Assembly: GCA_963804165.1 (NCBI GenBank)
Contig: CAWDPO010000020.1
Coordinates: 1-64,000, forward strand
DNA: 64,000 nt
Source of the DNA: an uncultured delta proteobacterium
Lineage (GTDB): Bacteria > Desulfobacterota > Binatia > UBA9968
Direction of reading: 5' to 3'
Shown here: piece after piece, positions 9,527 to 25,035 of the stretch
Layout: the number at the start of each line of letters is the position of its first letter
How positions within the stretch are numbered: position 1 is the stretch's first letter
Position numbers and translations under genes: made by a program
Notes under the pieces: model-generated
Databases searched by the model: none
What the model saw: only the letters and a program-made list of their open reading frames with translations
Told to the model about the DNA's origin: nothing

Positions 9527-11257
9527 ATGAAGATAGAAGCCAACGTCTGGCAGAAAGTACCCGATAGCGACAGCGTCGAAATTTTTCCCATTATCACCAA
9601 GCCCAGCATCATTTCTTCGAACTGCTATATTCTGTCGGCGCCGCGGGCGATTGTCATTATCGACCCGGGCGCCAATTCCGAGCAAACCAAGCAGATCGGC
9701 GTGGTCGTGAGCGATGCCCTGCAGTTGTCGCCACGTCCAGTGCTGATGTTTTTGACCCATTGCCATCAAGACCATTCGCAAGAATCAACGGGCTTTCAGT
9801 TGCCGCCGGCCGCGGAAATCAAACGGTTTGCACACACAGCGGGCGCCCAAGCGCTCGAGCGTGGCGACGAGAAACTGACGGTTGCTTATCTCTACCCGTG
9901 GCGGCCGACGGTCTGCCGCGCGCGTTTCGACTACCAGTTGTTTTCCCTGAACCCGGAATCCACCGTCGTCGCGTCCGAACTCAGCGAAGACGGATGCATC
10001 GAGGTGCACAATGAGCCCGTCAGGATTCCGGCTGGCACCGTATTTCGGCGCCAATGGCTTGGGCTTGGCGGCGGCGAGCGCCTGGAGATCTACCATACTC
10101 CAGGTCATTCTCCCTGCAGTATCTCGCTGCGGGCGGGCTCTTTGCTCGTTCTCGGCGACTTGCCCTTCGCCGTCAATCCCGGGCTTTGTGGCCTCGACGG
10201 TTGGAATCATGTGGATCTTCTGGAGACCCTGGACAAAGTTGACTGGCTGCTGGAAAACACCGGGGTCACGATCTGTTGTCCGGGCCACGGCTATTGCACG
10301 ACTGCAGAGGCGATGCGTGAAAAGCTGCGCTTGATGGCGGACGAAGCTCGCGATCTCAGCGATGTCCAACTGATGAATGCAGATCGCATCACCGGACTGA
10401 AGAGCTACGTCGACGAACTGCTCGAGGAAGCGGCCGCGCTCTTTACTATACTGTCCGGCCGTCTCTACACTGCGTCGTATTATCTTTCGATGTTGGAAGA
10501 AAATGCCGCGGCGGAGCAGGTTCTCGGAGCTGTAGATCTCGATCAGATCGACCGCGTCCTGTCCGAGTTTCGCAGGTTCGTCGAAAGCTTCAATGCCAGC
10601 GCGGTGCCCGAGCTCACGGTTGTGATGAAAGGGGTCCAGGTGGCCGCGACGCTGCAAAAAATCCTGGCTCAAGATCGTGTGACGCAGATTCTCGACCCCT
10701 CCCTGGTCGGCCGCGCCCAACGGCGCCTGGCGGACTACTTGAGCGTGGTGCGCGGATTGCAATTTTTGAATGCCGAAATTCCCGGTGCCGCCAACAACTT
10801 GATTGCGCAAATCTTGCAGCGCGCAAAATCCATCTATGAGCCGGAGGCCGCCGACTTGATGGCGGCGTTAGACAGTGAGTCGCTTTTCCTGGAGGCGCTG
10901 ACGAGGCGATTGGCGACGCATTCACCGCTGCTCGACATCGACTTCGAATTCGTACCGACGTCGCAGTTGACCGACGTCAACGTGGGCGCGGATCGGCTCG
11001 AAGACATTTTGCTCAGCTTGATCGAAGGTCTTGCAGGCGCCGGCGTTCGACAGATTAACATCTCCACCGATGTCGTGATGGGTCAAGTGCTGATCCGGCT
11101 TTCAAGCCGTCAGCCGGTTGCGCTCGCTGCTTTTGGCAACCTCCGGCTCGATCTCTACAATCGGACCCTCGGCTGGCTCGGCGGCAGTCTCGAGCGACGC
11201 CTACAAAATGGCAGCACCGAATTCGTTATCAAACTGCCTCCGCTGCAAATCGGATGA
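9527..11257 (+). CDS. MBL-fold metallo-hydrolase fused to a helical region and a degenerate HATPase-like C-terminal domain
   Basis: THCHQDH, TPGHS, LGD and PGHG metal motifs; C-terminal GADRLEDILLSL...LGGSL...TEFVIKLP. Confidence 0.8.
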   Translation: MKIEANVWQKVPDSDSVEIFPIITKPSIISSNCYILSAPRAIVIIDPGANSEQTKQIGVVVSDALQLSPRPVLMFLTHCHQDHSQESTGFQLPPAAEIKRFAHTAGAQALERGDEKLTVAYLYPWRPTVCRARFDYQLFSLNPESTVVASELSEDGCIEVHNEPVRIPAGTVFRRQWLGLGGGERLEIYHTPGHSPCSISLRAGSLLVLGDLPFAVNPGLCGLDGWNHVDLLETLDKVDWLLENTGVTICCPGHGYCTTAEAMREKLRLMADEARDLSDVQLMNADRITGLKSYVDELLEEAAALFTILSGRLYTASYYLSMLEENAAAEQVLGAVDLDQIDRVLSEFRRFVESFNASAVPELTVVMKGVQVAATLQKILAQDRVTQILDPSLVGRAQRRLADYLSVVRGLQFLNAEIPGAANNLIAQILQRAKSIYEPEAADLMAALDSESLFLEALTRRLATHSPLLDIDFEFVPTSQLTDVNVGADRLEDILLSLIEGLAGAGVRQINISTDVVMGQVLIRLSSRQPVALAAFGNLRLDLYNRTLGWLGGSLERRLQNGSTEFVIKLPPLQIG

Positions 11258-12486
11258 GATCCTTCAGGCGAAACCTGCTCCTCTGTGCTCTGCTGTTCCT
11301 ATCTCCGGATAAACTCTTTGCCGAAGACATTACCATCGGCATGTCGGCGGCGTTTACCGGCGCATCGAAAGACCTCGGAATTGACGTCTACCGCGGAGCG
11401 GCGGCCTATATCGAGCATGTCAATCGAAGCGGCGGCATTCACGGAAAACAAATTATCATCAGGGCCTATGATGACGGCTACAATCCAAACCCCACCATCC
11501 AAAACACGATCAAGCTTGTTGAAAAGGACCGCGTCTTATTGCTTTTCGGTTATGTCGGCGCCCCCACCGTGACCCGGGTGCTGCCGTTGCTCAAGAGCTA
11601 CAGCGACAGGTCGATTTATTTGCTATTTCCCCTTACCGGAGCGCAGCCCCACCGCCAGCCTCCTTACATGCAGCATGTCTTTAGTCTGCGCGCTTCCTAT
11701 GAGGAAGAAACCGCGGGATTGGTCGAGCATTTTCTAGCTCTAGGGAGAAAGCGCGTCGCCGTGTTTTATCAAGCGGATGCCTACGGCCGCAGCGGCTGGG
11801 AGGGAGTAAGAAAAGCGCTCGCTAAGAACGGCGGACTAAAAATTAGCGCGGAAGCCACCTACCGACGGGGGACAATTTTTTCTCAAAGCCTCAACCCGCA
11901 GGTCGATATTCTTAAAAACGCCGCGCCCGACGCCATCATCTCTGTCGGGTCATACTCGGCGTGCGCCGCCTTCATTAGAGACGCGCGTGACAGGGGTTTG
12001 CAGGTTCCGATTGCAAATCTCTCTTTCGTGGGGAACATAAGTTTGGCCGCTCTGCTGAGCGAAAGCAGCCGGGTAACGGGGAACGACTATACCCAGAATC
12101 TTATCAATTCTCAGGTGGTGCCGAGTTATGAGGATACATCCTTGCCGGCGGTGCGAGAATATCGGGAGCTGATGGACAAGTATAAGTCGCTGGACGCGCC
12201 TGCGGTGATTGAAAAGGATTACAATGCGTCCCGACGCGGTTATGTGAACTTCGAAGGATTTCTCAACGCCAAGCTCCTGGTTGAGATTATCAAACGGATG
12301 GGTCCGAACGTCGCGCGCAGGCGCATCAAAGAGGTAACGGAAAGCATAAATGCTCTCGATCTCGGCATCGGCGCGCCGATCTCGTTCAGCTCTCAAAAGC
12401 ACCAGGGTTCGGATCAGATTTATTACACGACTCTCAGCGCTGGCCGCTTTGTGCCTTTGGCGAGCTGGGAGCGATGGAAAAAATAA
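11254..12486 (+). CDS. Periplasmic binding protein, LivJ-like family (no cognate permease or ATPase nearby)
   Basis: Signal peptide; IGMSAAFTG, NRSGGIHGK, YDDGYNP, DAYGRSG. Confidence 0.9.
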   Translation: MRSFRRNLLLCALLFLSPDKLFAEDITIGMSAAFTGASKDLGIDVYRGAAAYIEHVNRSGGIHGKQIIIRAYDDGYNPNPTIQNTIKLVEKDRVLLLFGYVGAPTVTRVLPLLKSYSDRSIYLLFPLTGAQPHRQPPYMQHVFSLRASYEEETAGLVEHFLALGRKRVAVFYQADAYGRSGWEGVRKALAKNGGLKISAEATYRRGTIFSQSLNPQVDILKNAAPDAIISVGSYSACAAFIRDARDRGLQVPIANLSFVGNISLAALLSESSRVTGNDYTQNLINSQVVPSYEDTSLPAVREYRELMDKYKSLDAPAVIEKDYNASRRGYVNFEGFLNAKLLVEIIKRMGPNVARRRIKEVTESINALDLGIGAPISFSSQKHQGSDQIYYTTLSAGRFVPLASWERWKK

Positions 12487-14013
12487 ATGTCGCGGCTATT
12501 TAGAAAAACCCTGGTCCTGATGATCGTCCTATTCGGCATCATCGCCACGGCGACTTCGATCGTTTCGGGTTGGAATTTGTTCCGCCAACTCACCAAAGAA
12601 TACCAGAGTAAAGGCGCAGCCATCGCCAAGAGCATCGCCGACTCCAGCGTGGAAGTGCTCTTGAATCGCGACGCTTCCACGGTTCAAGCGATTCTCGATC
12701 AATTCGATGAAATCGAAGGGGTTGCCTACGTTTTCGTCACCGACAATACGGGAGAATTTATCTCGCACACCTTTGTTCCCAGTGTGCCCGAGGAAGTCAG
12801 AAAGTTTGACGCGGAGATGCGGCAGCGAGGGGGACGCGATCTGACGATAACTAATTTCAGTCGGGAGGGTTTGGGAGACATCATTGATATTGCTTTGCCG
12901 ATCCTCGCCGGCGCGGCCGGTTACGCGCATGTGGGCATGGACCGCGATATTATCAGGGCGAAAATCTGGTCGGCCGTGATAGCGCAACAGGGCCTAATGT
13001 TCGTGATTTTCCTGCTGAGCATCTTGGTCGCTTATGTTCTCATCAACCGCATCTCTCGGCCTCTGAACTTGTTAGCCGACCATGCCAAGACTCTCGCCGC
13101 CGAGGACTTTTCGACGGACTTGAACATTCCCGACCAAATCGATGAGCTCTCCATGCGATCCAAGGATGAGATCGGCAATCTGGCCGGGTCCTTCGTTCAT
13201 ATGCAACGCACGCTGCAGCGCTATCTCATCAACCTGCGGGAAACCACGACAGCCAAGGAAAGAATCGAAAGCGAGTTGAAAATCGCCCACGATATTCAAA
13301 TGAGCATGGTGCCGAAAATATTTCCGCCGTTTCCCCATCGACTGGAGTTTGACCTCTATGCCACGCTGGAGTCCGCGAGAGAAGTGGGCGGGGATTTCTA
13401 TGATTTTTTCTTCATCGACGACGATCATCTTTGCTTGGCGATCGGCGATGTGTCCGGCAAAGGAGTGCCAGCGTCATTGTTCATGGCGGTGACTAAAACC
13501 TTGCTGAAAGCGACAACCCCGAGAGGAGCCAATCCGGACGAGGTGCTGGCTCATTTGAACGATGAACTATGTCGCGACAATTCTTCGTGCATGTTCGTGA
13601 CCTTGTTTAATGCGATCCTCAATATTCGCACCGGGCGATTGGAATACAGCAACGGCGGCCACAATCTGCCTTATCTTATTTCGAATGGACGACTCCAGCC
13701 TTTGGCAAACACCAAAGGCATGGTGTTGGGCGCGTTCGAAGGCGCTGCTTTCGATAGGAACGGGTTGCTTCTTCATCCGGGCGACAGCATCGTCCTATAT
13801 ACCGACGGAGTGACTGAAGCGATGGATGAAAAACAAAGGCTTTTTTCCGAGCAGCGCCTGGAGAAGTTTTTGACGGACGTAAACGGTCATTCTCCAGAGG
13901 AGCTGACTCGCGGTTTGGTCAGTGAGGTGCGGCGATTCTCTGCCGGAACCACTCAATCCGACGATATCACCATCTTGGTGTTAAGATTCAGAGGCAGCGA
14001 AAATCATGGCTGA
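12487..14013 (+). CDS. Membrane HAMP + SpoIIE/PP2C phosphatase (RsbU-like)
   Basis: Two TM helices, HAMP (DEIGNLA), EVGGDFYD, IGDVSGKG, YTDGVTEA, SDDIT. Confidence 0.93.
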   Translation: MSRLFRKTLVLMIVLFGIIATATSIVSGWNLFRQLTKEYQSKGAAIAKSIADSSVEVLLNRDASTVQAILDQFDEIEGVAYVFVTDNTGEFISHTFVPSVPEEVRKFDAEMRQRGGRDLTITNFSREGLGDIIDIALPILAGAAGYAHVGMDRDIIRAKIWSAVIAQQGLMFVIFLLSILVAYVLINRISRPLNLLADHAKTLAAEDFSTDLNIPDQIDELSMRSKDEIGNLAGSFVHMQRTLQRYLINLRETTTAKERIESELKIAHDIQMSMVPKIFPPFPHRLEFDLYATLESAREVGGDFYDFFFIDDDHLCLAIGDVSGKGVPASLFMAVTKTLLKATTPRGANPDEVLAHLNDELCRDNSSCMFVTLFNAILNIRTGRLEYSNGGHNLPYLISNGRLQPLANTKGMVLGAFEGAAFDRNGLLLHPGDSIVLYTDGVTEAMDEKQRLFSEQRLEKFLTDVNGHSPEELTRGLVSEVRRFSAGTTQSDDITILVLRFRGSENHG

Positions 14014-14428
14014 AGTAAGATTGGACATCGAGCTTAGGAATCAACTTTCGGAGCTCGCGAGGCTGACTCAAGCCTTGACTGAATTCGGCGAACGCCATCG
14101 CGTCACACCGGAAGTACTCCTCGACGTAAATCTCGCCTTGGCGGAAGTCGTTACCAATATTATATCTTATGGCTTCAACGACGCAGATGAGCATTCTATC
14201 AGAGTGTCTCTGTCCCTAAACCAGGGAGAACTAAAAGCCGAAGTGGCCGATGACGGCCTACCCTTCAATCCGCTCGACGCTCCCCGTCCCGACACGAAAC
14301 TGCCGTTGGACGAGAGATCCGTGGGCGGTTTAGGAATTCATCTTGTGCGTACGCTCATGGATGAAATCGCTTACCAGCGCAGCCCGACTGGAAATATTTT
14401 GACCATGAGAAAATCACCTAAGGCGTAA
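14006..14428 (+). CDS. RsbW/SpoIIAB-like anti-sigma factor Ser kinase
   Basis: EVVTNII, DDGLPFNP, GGLGIHLV. Confidence 0.92.
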   Translation: MAEVRLDIELRNQLSELARLTQALTEFGERHRVTPEVLLDVNLALAEVVTNIISYGFNDADEHSIRVSLSLNQGELKAEVADDGLPFNPLDAPRPDTKLPLDERSVGGLGIHLVRTLMDEIAYQRSPTGNILTMRKSPKA

Positions 14429-14547
14429 CTTCAGGTAGCTGCCGCGGTTAGACGACTGCAATCGCATCTCTTGCCGCACAGCAGCTCGGATCGAGTGCAC
14501 GAAAAGGCACGGAGAATTTTACCGATGGAAGGGAACAATAAAGAGAA

Positions 14548-14780
14548 CTAGAATTTATCTTTTTTAAACGATTTGAGCGACGATGGACGGGCGCGCAAGG
14601 CATCGTCTTTAGTCACGCGGTCGAAGACATGGACACCGCGATTGTGCAGCAGGGTCGGTTGCGAGATCGAGCGTTTGGCAGACGCGCTGCGGACGGCGCA
14701 ACTTTGAGCGGTTTGCCCGTAACTTTCTGGATGGCTTCGAAGCGGTGTCCTTTGGCGCATTCGTATTCGTAAAGTGGCAT
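14548..14780 (-). CDS. FmdB-family zinc-ribbon protein; frameshift near 14700
   Basis: MPLYEYECAKGHRFEAIQK, continuing as SCAVRSASAKRSIS in another frame. Confidence 0.65.
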
Positions 14781-14898
14781 ATCGGTGTTCGTTGCTATCA
14801 TATCGATATCGCTGCCTCAAGATCGCACTGTTCTCGACCGCTGGAAAGTTTTCCTGGTATAAGATTTCATGTTTGCTTGGAAACACTTGAGCAGCGCT

Positions 14899-14930
14899 AA
14901 AAACCCGGGCGCAGGTCTGGGTTTTTTTTT
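14899..14930 (+). terminator. Intrinsic terminator-like hairpin in the guaB leader
   Basis: ACCCGGGC-gcag-GTCTGGGT stem (two G-U pairs favour the + strand) running into a T9 tract, about 20 nt before the guaB ATG. Confidence 0.7.
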
Positions 14931-14948
14931 ACCTTCGCGCGGAGATGA

Positions 14949-16415
<1,467 letters not shown>

Positions 16416-16419
<4 letters not shown>

Positions 16420-17949
16420 TCCTCGTTCTCGATTTCGGTTCCCAATACACCCAGCTGATCGCGCGCCGGATTCGCGAGTCCAAAGTTTACTGCGAAATTC
16501 ATCCGTTCAATCTCGCGCTGGAGAAAATTAAGCAGCTCGAGCCGGAAGGGATCATTCTTTCGGGCGGGCCGGCCAGCGTTTATCACGAGAACGCGCCCAA
16601 AGTCAGTGACGAGCTTTTCAAATTGCCGGTGCCGTTTCTCGGCATTTGCTACGGCATGGGCATCGTGAATTTAACTTTCGGCGGCGAAGCGGGACGGGCG
16701 GATCGACGCGAATACGGTCCCGCCGAGTTGATCATCGACGACAATGTCGATCTATTTCACGGTTTTTCTCAGAACGAACTGACCCGTGTCTGGATGAGCC
16801 ACGGCGACAAGATGACGGTTTTTCCAAAAGGCTGGAGCGTGCTCGCGCACAGCGGCAATTCGCCCATCGCGGCTTTCGCCAATCCGACCCGGCGTTACTT
16901 CGGCGTGCAGTTTCATCCTGAAGTCGCCCATACGCCGCGGGGACGGGAGATTCTCACAATTTTATTTTTCGCGTCTGTGGCTGCCGGCCCGAGTGGACGA
17001 TGGAGCATTTCATCGAGACTTCGATAAAAGAGATCCGTGAGGAAGTCGGTGACGGCCGCGTTTTGTGCGCGCTCAGCGGTGGCGTGGATTCCTCGGTGGC
17101 GGCGACGTTAATTCATCGAGCTATTAAAGAGCGGCTGGTCTGTGTTTTCGTCAACAACGGGCTGTTGCGCAAGAACGAAGCCGAGACAGGTGTGCGGCTT
17201 GTTCGCTGAAAAGTTTGGCCCGAGCTTTCGCTACGTCGACGCCAGCGAGCGGTTTCTCGCGGCGCTGGCAGGCGTTGAAGATCCGGAGATAAAACGTAAG
17301 CGCATCGGCAATAAATTCATCGAGGTTTTTGAAGAACGAAGCAGGCAAACTGGGCGAGATCCAATTTTTCGCGCAGGGAACACTCTATCCGGACGTGATC
17401 GAGTCGGTATCGGTTCTGGGGCCCTCGGCGACGATCAAATCCCACCATAATGTCGGCGGCCTGCCGCCCAACATGAAATTCAAGCTCATCGAGCCGCTTC
17501 GCGAGCTATTCAAGGATGAAGTGAGAATATTCGGTAAAGAACTTGGATTGCCAAACGAAATGATTCAGCGCCAGCCCTTTTCCGGGCCCGGTTTGGCGAT
17601 TCGCGTGTTGGGCGAAGTGAGCGAGGAGCGCTTGAAGGTTTTGCGCGACGCGGACGTGATCGTGCTCGATGAAGTGAGGGCGGCGGGATTATACGAAAAA
17701 GTATGGCAGTCATTTGCGGTCTTGCTGCCGATCAAAACCGTCGGCGTGGTCGGCGACGAGCGCAGTTACGAGAACGTCATCGCGCTTCGCGTCGTCGACA
17801 GCCAGGACGGCATGACCGCCGACTGGGTGCCGCTGCCGTACGACCTGCTCGGGAAAATTTCCAATCGCATCTTGAATGAAGTACGCGGCGTCAATCGCGT
17901 GGTTTACGATATTTCTTCCAAACCTCCCGCCACGATCGAGTGGGAATAG
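16416..17949 (+). CDS. guaA: GMP synthase (glutamine-hydrolysing); frameshifts near 16960, 17190 and 17335
   Basis: [36 protein letters not shown] and [10 protein letters not shown] spread over four consecutive ORFs. Confidence 0.93.
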
Positions 17950-18021
17950 AATTTTCGCAATTATCGTTGCGCGTTCAGCTTCGATGCGCCTCGTTGACTC
18001 GGTCGGCGAAGATCTTTCCGC

Positions 18022-18810
18022 ATGACAACAAAAAATAGCGACATCGTTGCGCCGCAAGGCTGGGGTTCCACGCCGGGCGCACCTGAAGTGGTGCGCTTTC
18101 TCGAAGGGCCGCAAAGGCGAAGCGCCGAGCTCGCCCGGGCGGTTCGTATCTTCTTCGAGTTTGTGCGCGGCTTTCGCGCGCTGCATTTTGTCGGCCCATG
18201 CGTGACGGTGTTCGGGTCGGCGCGTTTTAGCGAGCATCATCCCTACGACGATCTCGCGCGAAGATGCGGCTTCGAGCTCGCCAAAGCCGGTTTTACCGTG
18301 ATGACCGGCGGCGGACCCGGCATTATGGAAGCGGCCAACCGAGGCGCCAAGGATGCCGGCGGGCGATCCATCGGCCGCAACATCGAACTTCCCAAAGAGC
18401 AGCGGCCCAATCCCTATCTGGACCAGTGGATCACCTTTCGCCATTTCTTCGTGCGCAAAGTGATGCTGGTCAAATATTCCTATGCTTTCATGGCTTTGCC
18501 CGGGGGATTTGGCACTCTGGATGAGATTTTTGAAACAGCGACACTCATCCAACAAACCGCGAAGATCAGCAATTTCCCGCTGGTGCTCATGGTCAAAGAC
18601 TTTTGGCGGCCGCTACTCGAATTTCTGTCCGAACGCATGGTCAAAGAGCAGACCATCGATCAGGCCGACCTCGATCGATTGATCGTCACCGATTCGCCTC
18701 AAGAAGCGGTTGAGCGAATCACTGAGATCGCCATGGGACAATTTGGCTTGTCTTACCGCTCACGCCTCAAGCGGCGCTGGTGTTTCGGCGAGCGCGAGCC
18801 GGCGCGATGA
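18022..18810 (+). CDS. LOG family (TIGR00730) nucleotide phosphoribohydrolase-like protein
   Basis: VTVFGSAR, TGGGPGIMEA, PGGFGTLDE. Confidence 0.9.
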   Translation: MTTKNSDIVAPQGWGSTPGAPEVVRFLEGPQRRSAELARAVRIFFEFVRGFRALHFVGPCVTVFGSARFSEHHPYDDLARRCGFELAKAGFTVMTGGGPGIMEAANRGAKDAGGRSIGRNIELPKEQRPNPYLDQWITFRHFFVRKVMLVKYSYAFMALPGGFGTLDEIFETATLIQQTAKISNFPLVLMVKDFWRPLLEFLSERMVKEQTIDQADLDRLIVTDSPQEAVERITEIAMGQFGLSYRSRLKRRWCFGEREPAR

Positions 18811-18907
18811 TGTAGGGCGCCAGAAGTTGAGGTTAAGGCACTGGCGGCGCGTCTGCTTGTGTCCACCAATGAGTGAGTACGTTCCATTCGTTTAGCCGAT
18901 CGTTGGC

Positions 18908-19357
18908 ATGAAACAAATCGCCCAAGTCCTGTTGTTCGATCGCCAAAATCGCTTGCTGATCTATTTACGCGATGACAAACCGGAAATCCCGTTTCCCAAT
19001 CACTGGGATTTCTTCGGCGGGCACGTGGAAGAAGGGGAGACGCCTGAACAGGCGCTGGTGCGCGAGGTGAGAGAAGAACTCGGAGTGGACTTGCCGCAAT
19101 GGGAATTTTTCAGGTCCTATGAATGCTTGACGGGCGATGCCTATCCCAATATCAAGTATATTTATCGCGCGCGCATCGATAAAACGGCTGAAGAGGTAAC
19201 GCTTCATGAAGGGCAAAGGCTCGTGAGCATCGAAGCGAATGAACGGTCTCATTTCAAGTTCGCCAATATCCTCGGCGCGATCTTGGAAGATTTCATCGCC
19301 GCCGGTGGGTGGCCGCAAGCTGTGGATAACTTTCCCGTGAATTTCGCCGGTAAATAA
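18908..19357 (+). CDS. NUDIX hydrolase
   Basis: Nudix box GGHVEEGETPEQALVREVREELG. Confidence 0.9.
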   Translation: MKQIAQVLLFDRQNRLLIYLRDDKPEIPFPNHWDFFGGHVEEGETPEQALVREVREELGVDLPQWEFFRSYECLTGDAYPNIKYIYRARIDKTAEEVTLHEGQRLVSIEANERSHFKFANILGAILEDFIAAGGWPQAVDNFPVNFAGK

Positions 19358-19399
19358 TTGTCGAGTCGCCGGCTTTGTGGTAGTTGATTAATAGCCCTG

Positions 19400-22914
<3,515 letters not shown>

Positions 22915-22918
<4 letters not shown>

Positions 22919-24219
22919 AGCCGTTGATCTCCACGCACCGTTCCAAAGAGAAGGCCGTCTTGATCGGCGTCGAACTGCCGTCACACGACCACAAACTGCC
23001 GCTGGACGAGAGTTTGCGCGAACTCGAGCGGTTGACTGAAACCGCAGGCGCAACCATCTTGGCGACATTCGCCCAGCAAGTCAGAAGTGTGACTCCGGCG
23101 ACGTTGATCGGCCGCGGCAAGGTCGACGAGATCCAAAGAAGTTTGACCGCAACTCACGCGGATCTGATTATCGTCGATGAAGACCTCACCCCTGCGCAGC
23201 AGCGCAACCTGGAAACTGCGTTCAAGGTTCGCGTCATCGACCGCAGCCAGTTGATTCTCGATATCTTCGCGCAACGGGCGCGCAGCAACGAGGGCAAGCT
23301 GCAAGTCGAGTTGGCGCAACTCGAATATCTGCTGCCGCGGCTGACGCGCCAATGGACCCATCTATCGCGCCTCGGCGGCGGCATCGGCACGCGGGGACCC
23401 GGTGAAACCCAATTGGAGGTCGATCGCCGGCGCATACGCGAGCGCATCGGCCATCTCAAACATCGGCTCAAAACCGTCGAGCGCACGCGCGCCCTGCAGC
23501 GCAAAGAACGCCACGAGGTGCCATTTCCGACGGTGGCGCTGGTGGGCTATACCAATGCGGGCAAGTCGACCTTGATGAATACGCTGACACGCGCCGGGGT
23601 ATTCGTCGAGGACAAGCTCTTCGCCACCCTGGACCCGACCACGCGCGCGTTACGCTTGCCCAACGGCGACAAGGTTATGCTGGTGGACACCGTCGGCTTT
23701 ATCAATAAGATTCCTCATTCGCTGATCGAGGCGTTTAAGAGCACGCTCGAAGAGGTTAGCCGCGCTGATTTGCTGTTGCACTTGATCGATCTGGCCAATC
23801 CACTTTTCCAAGAAGAGGTTCGTGTCATTGAAGATGTGCTGACCGAGATCGGCGCAGGGGAGATTCCTACGGTGTTAGTGCCCAATAAGGTCGACGTCGC
23901 GTCGGCGCTTCCCATTCACCAACTTAAATCCAACGGCGCGCTCGGCGTCTGTCCGATTTCGGCATTGACCGGTGCCGGTGTTGAGCACCTGCTGTACACA
24001 GTCGGAAGTATCCTGGATCGCGACAAAGAGCAGTTCCAAGCGAGCTTCACTCCGGCTCAAGGACCTTTGCTGGCGCTGTTGCGTGAACAGGGCAGGATTA
24101 TCCACGAAGACTATGACGGTGAAGTAATCCGAGTCACCGCTTTGGTGACGTCCAAGTTGGCCGGGCAAATACGCAAGCTGTTGAACGGAAAGAGCGTTCA
24201 GGCAGGATGGCCGACTTGA
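22915..24219 (+). CDS. hflX: Ribosome-splitting GTPase HflX
   Basis: [35 protein letters not shown]. Confidence 0.96.
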
Positions 24220-24225
24220 CGGCTC

Positions 24226-24792
24226 ATGCTGAACCTGCCGAATTTCCTTACGCTCCTACGTATATTGACGATCCCAGTTTTTCTGGAGTTTTTATCCTAC
24301 CATTTTTATTGGGAAGCGCTGGTGGTTTTTATAATTGGCGGCGTGACCGATTTTCTCGATGGATTCACGGCCCGGCGGATGAAGCAGCAGACGGCTCTCG
24401 GGGCGTACTTAGATCCGGTCGCGGACAAACTACTGGTGATCACTTCCTTTGTTATGCTCGGATCCATCGGTGGTATCCCCATGTGGCTTGCCATCGTTGT
24501 TGTGGTGCGTGATGTGTTCATCGTCTTGGGATATGTCATTGTTTACTTTCTGATTGAAGAACGCTTGCAAGTGAAGCCAACTCTTACTGGAAAATGGAGC
24601 ACCACCTTGCAGCTATTAACACTGGGAGTGGCGTTGCTTATGCTGCACGACCCGCGACTTTTGCATCCGCGCATCCTCGATCTTTTTGTTGTCTCGACCG
24701 CCGTTGTAACGGTTGTATCCGGGTGCCAGTATCTCTACAGGGGCTTAGTCTGGCTGCAAAATCGAGCTCCCTCCATCGGCCGTCCTGGTTGA
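24226..24792 (+). CDS. CDP-alcohol phosphatidyltransferase (PgsA-like)
   Basis: NLPNFLTLLR; DFLDGFTAR...LGAYLDPVADK. Confidence 0.9.
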   Translation: MLNLPNFLTLLRILTIPVFLEFLSYHFYWEALVVFIIGGVTDFLDGFTARRMKQQTALGAYLDPVADKLLVITSFVMLGSIGGIPMWLAIVVVVRDVFIVLGYVIVYFLIEERLQVKPTLTGKWSTTLQLLTLGVALLMLHDPRLLHPRILDLFVVSTAVVTVVSGCQYLYRGLVWLQNRAPSIGRPG

Positions 24793-24942
24793 CATACGGA
24801 CTAGAAATTGATAGTAAAATCGATCTCTTGCGCTGTTCACTGCCCCGTTTAAGAGACCCGAACGGGCACCAAGTAACGCCAAACTTAATGCGTTTGATGT
24901 TTATCGGATCCGCTCATTCTAACCGCTGCCGTCAGAGTTCGC

Positions 24943-25017
24943 AGGCACGTAGCTCAGTGGGAGAGCGCTTCCTTGACACGGAAGAGGTCGGCAGTTCAAT
25001 CCTGCCCGTGCCTACCA
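24943..25017 (+). tRNA. tRNA-Val(GAC)
   Basis: Acceptor AGGCACG/CGTGCCT, anticodon arm CTTCC-TTGACAC-GGAAG, TTCAATC T-loop, encoded CCA. Confidence 0.97.
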
Positions 25018-25035
25018 TTTTCTAACCCGATCGCA

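Noticed and set aside
9785-10810. Long antisense or alternate-frame ORFs (e.g. 9785-10810, 8090-8833, 17710-18555, 21950-22687, 47050-47727)
   Set aside because: They are shadows of GC-rich real genes, with no recognisable motifs.
24973-25035. N-terminal extension of ThrS given by the ORF track
   Set aside because: It overlaps tRNA-Val; ATG 25036 fits the TGS domain start.
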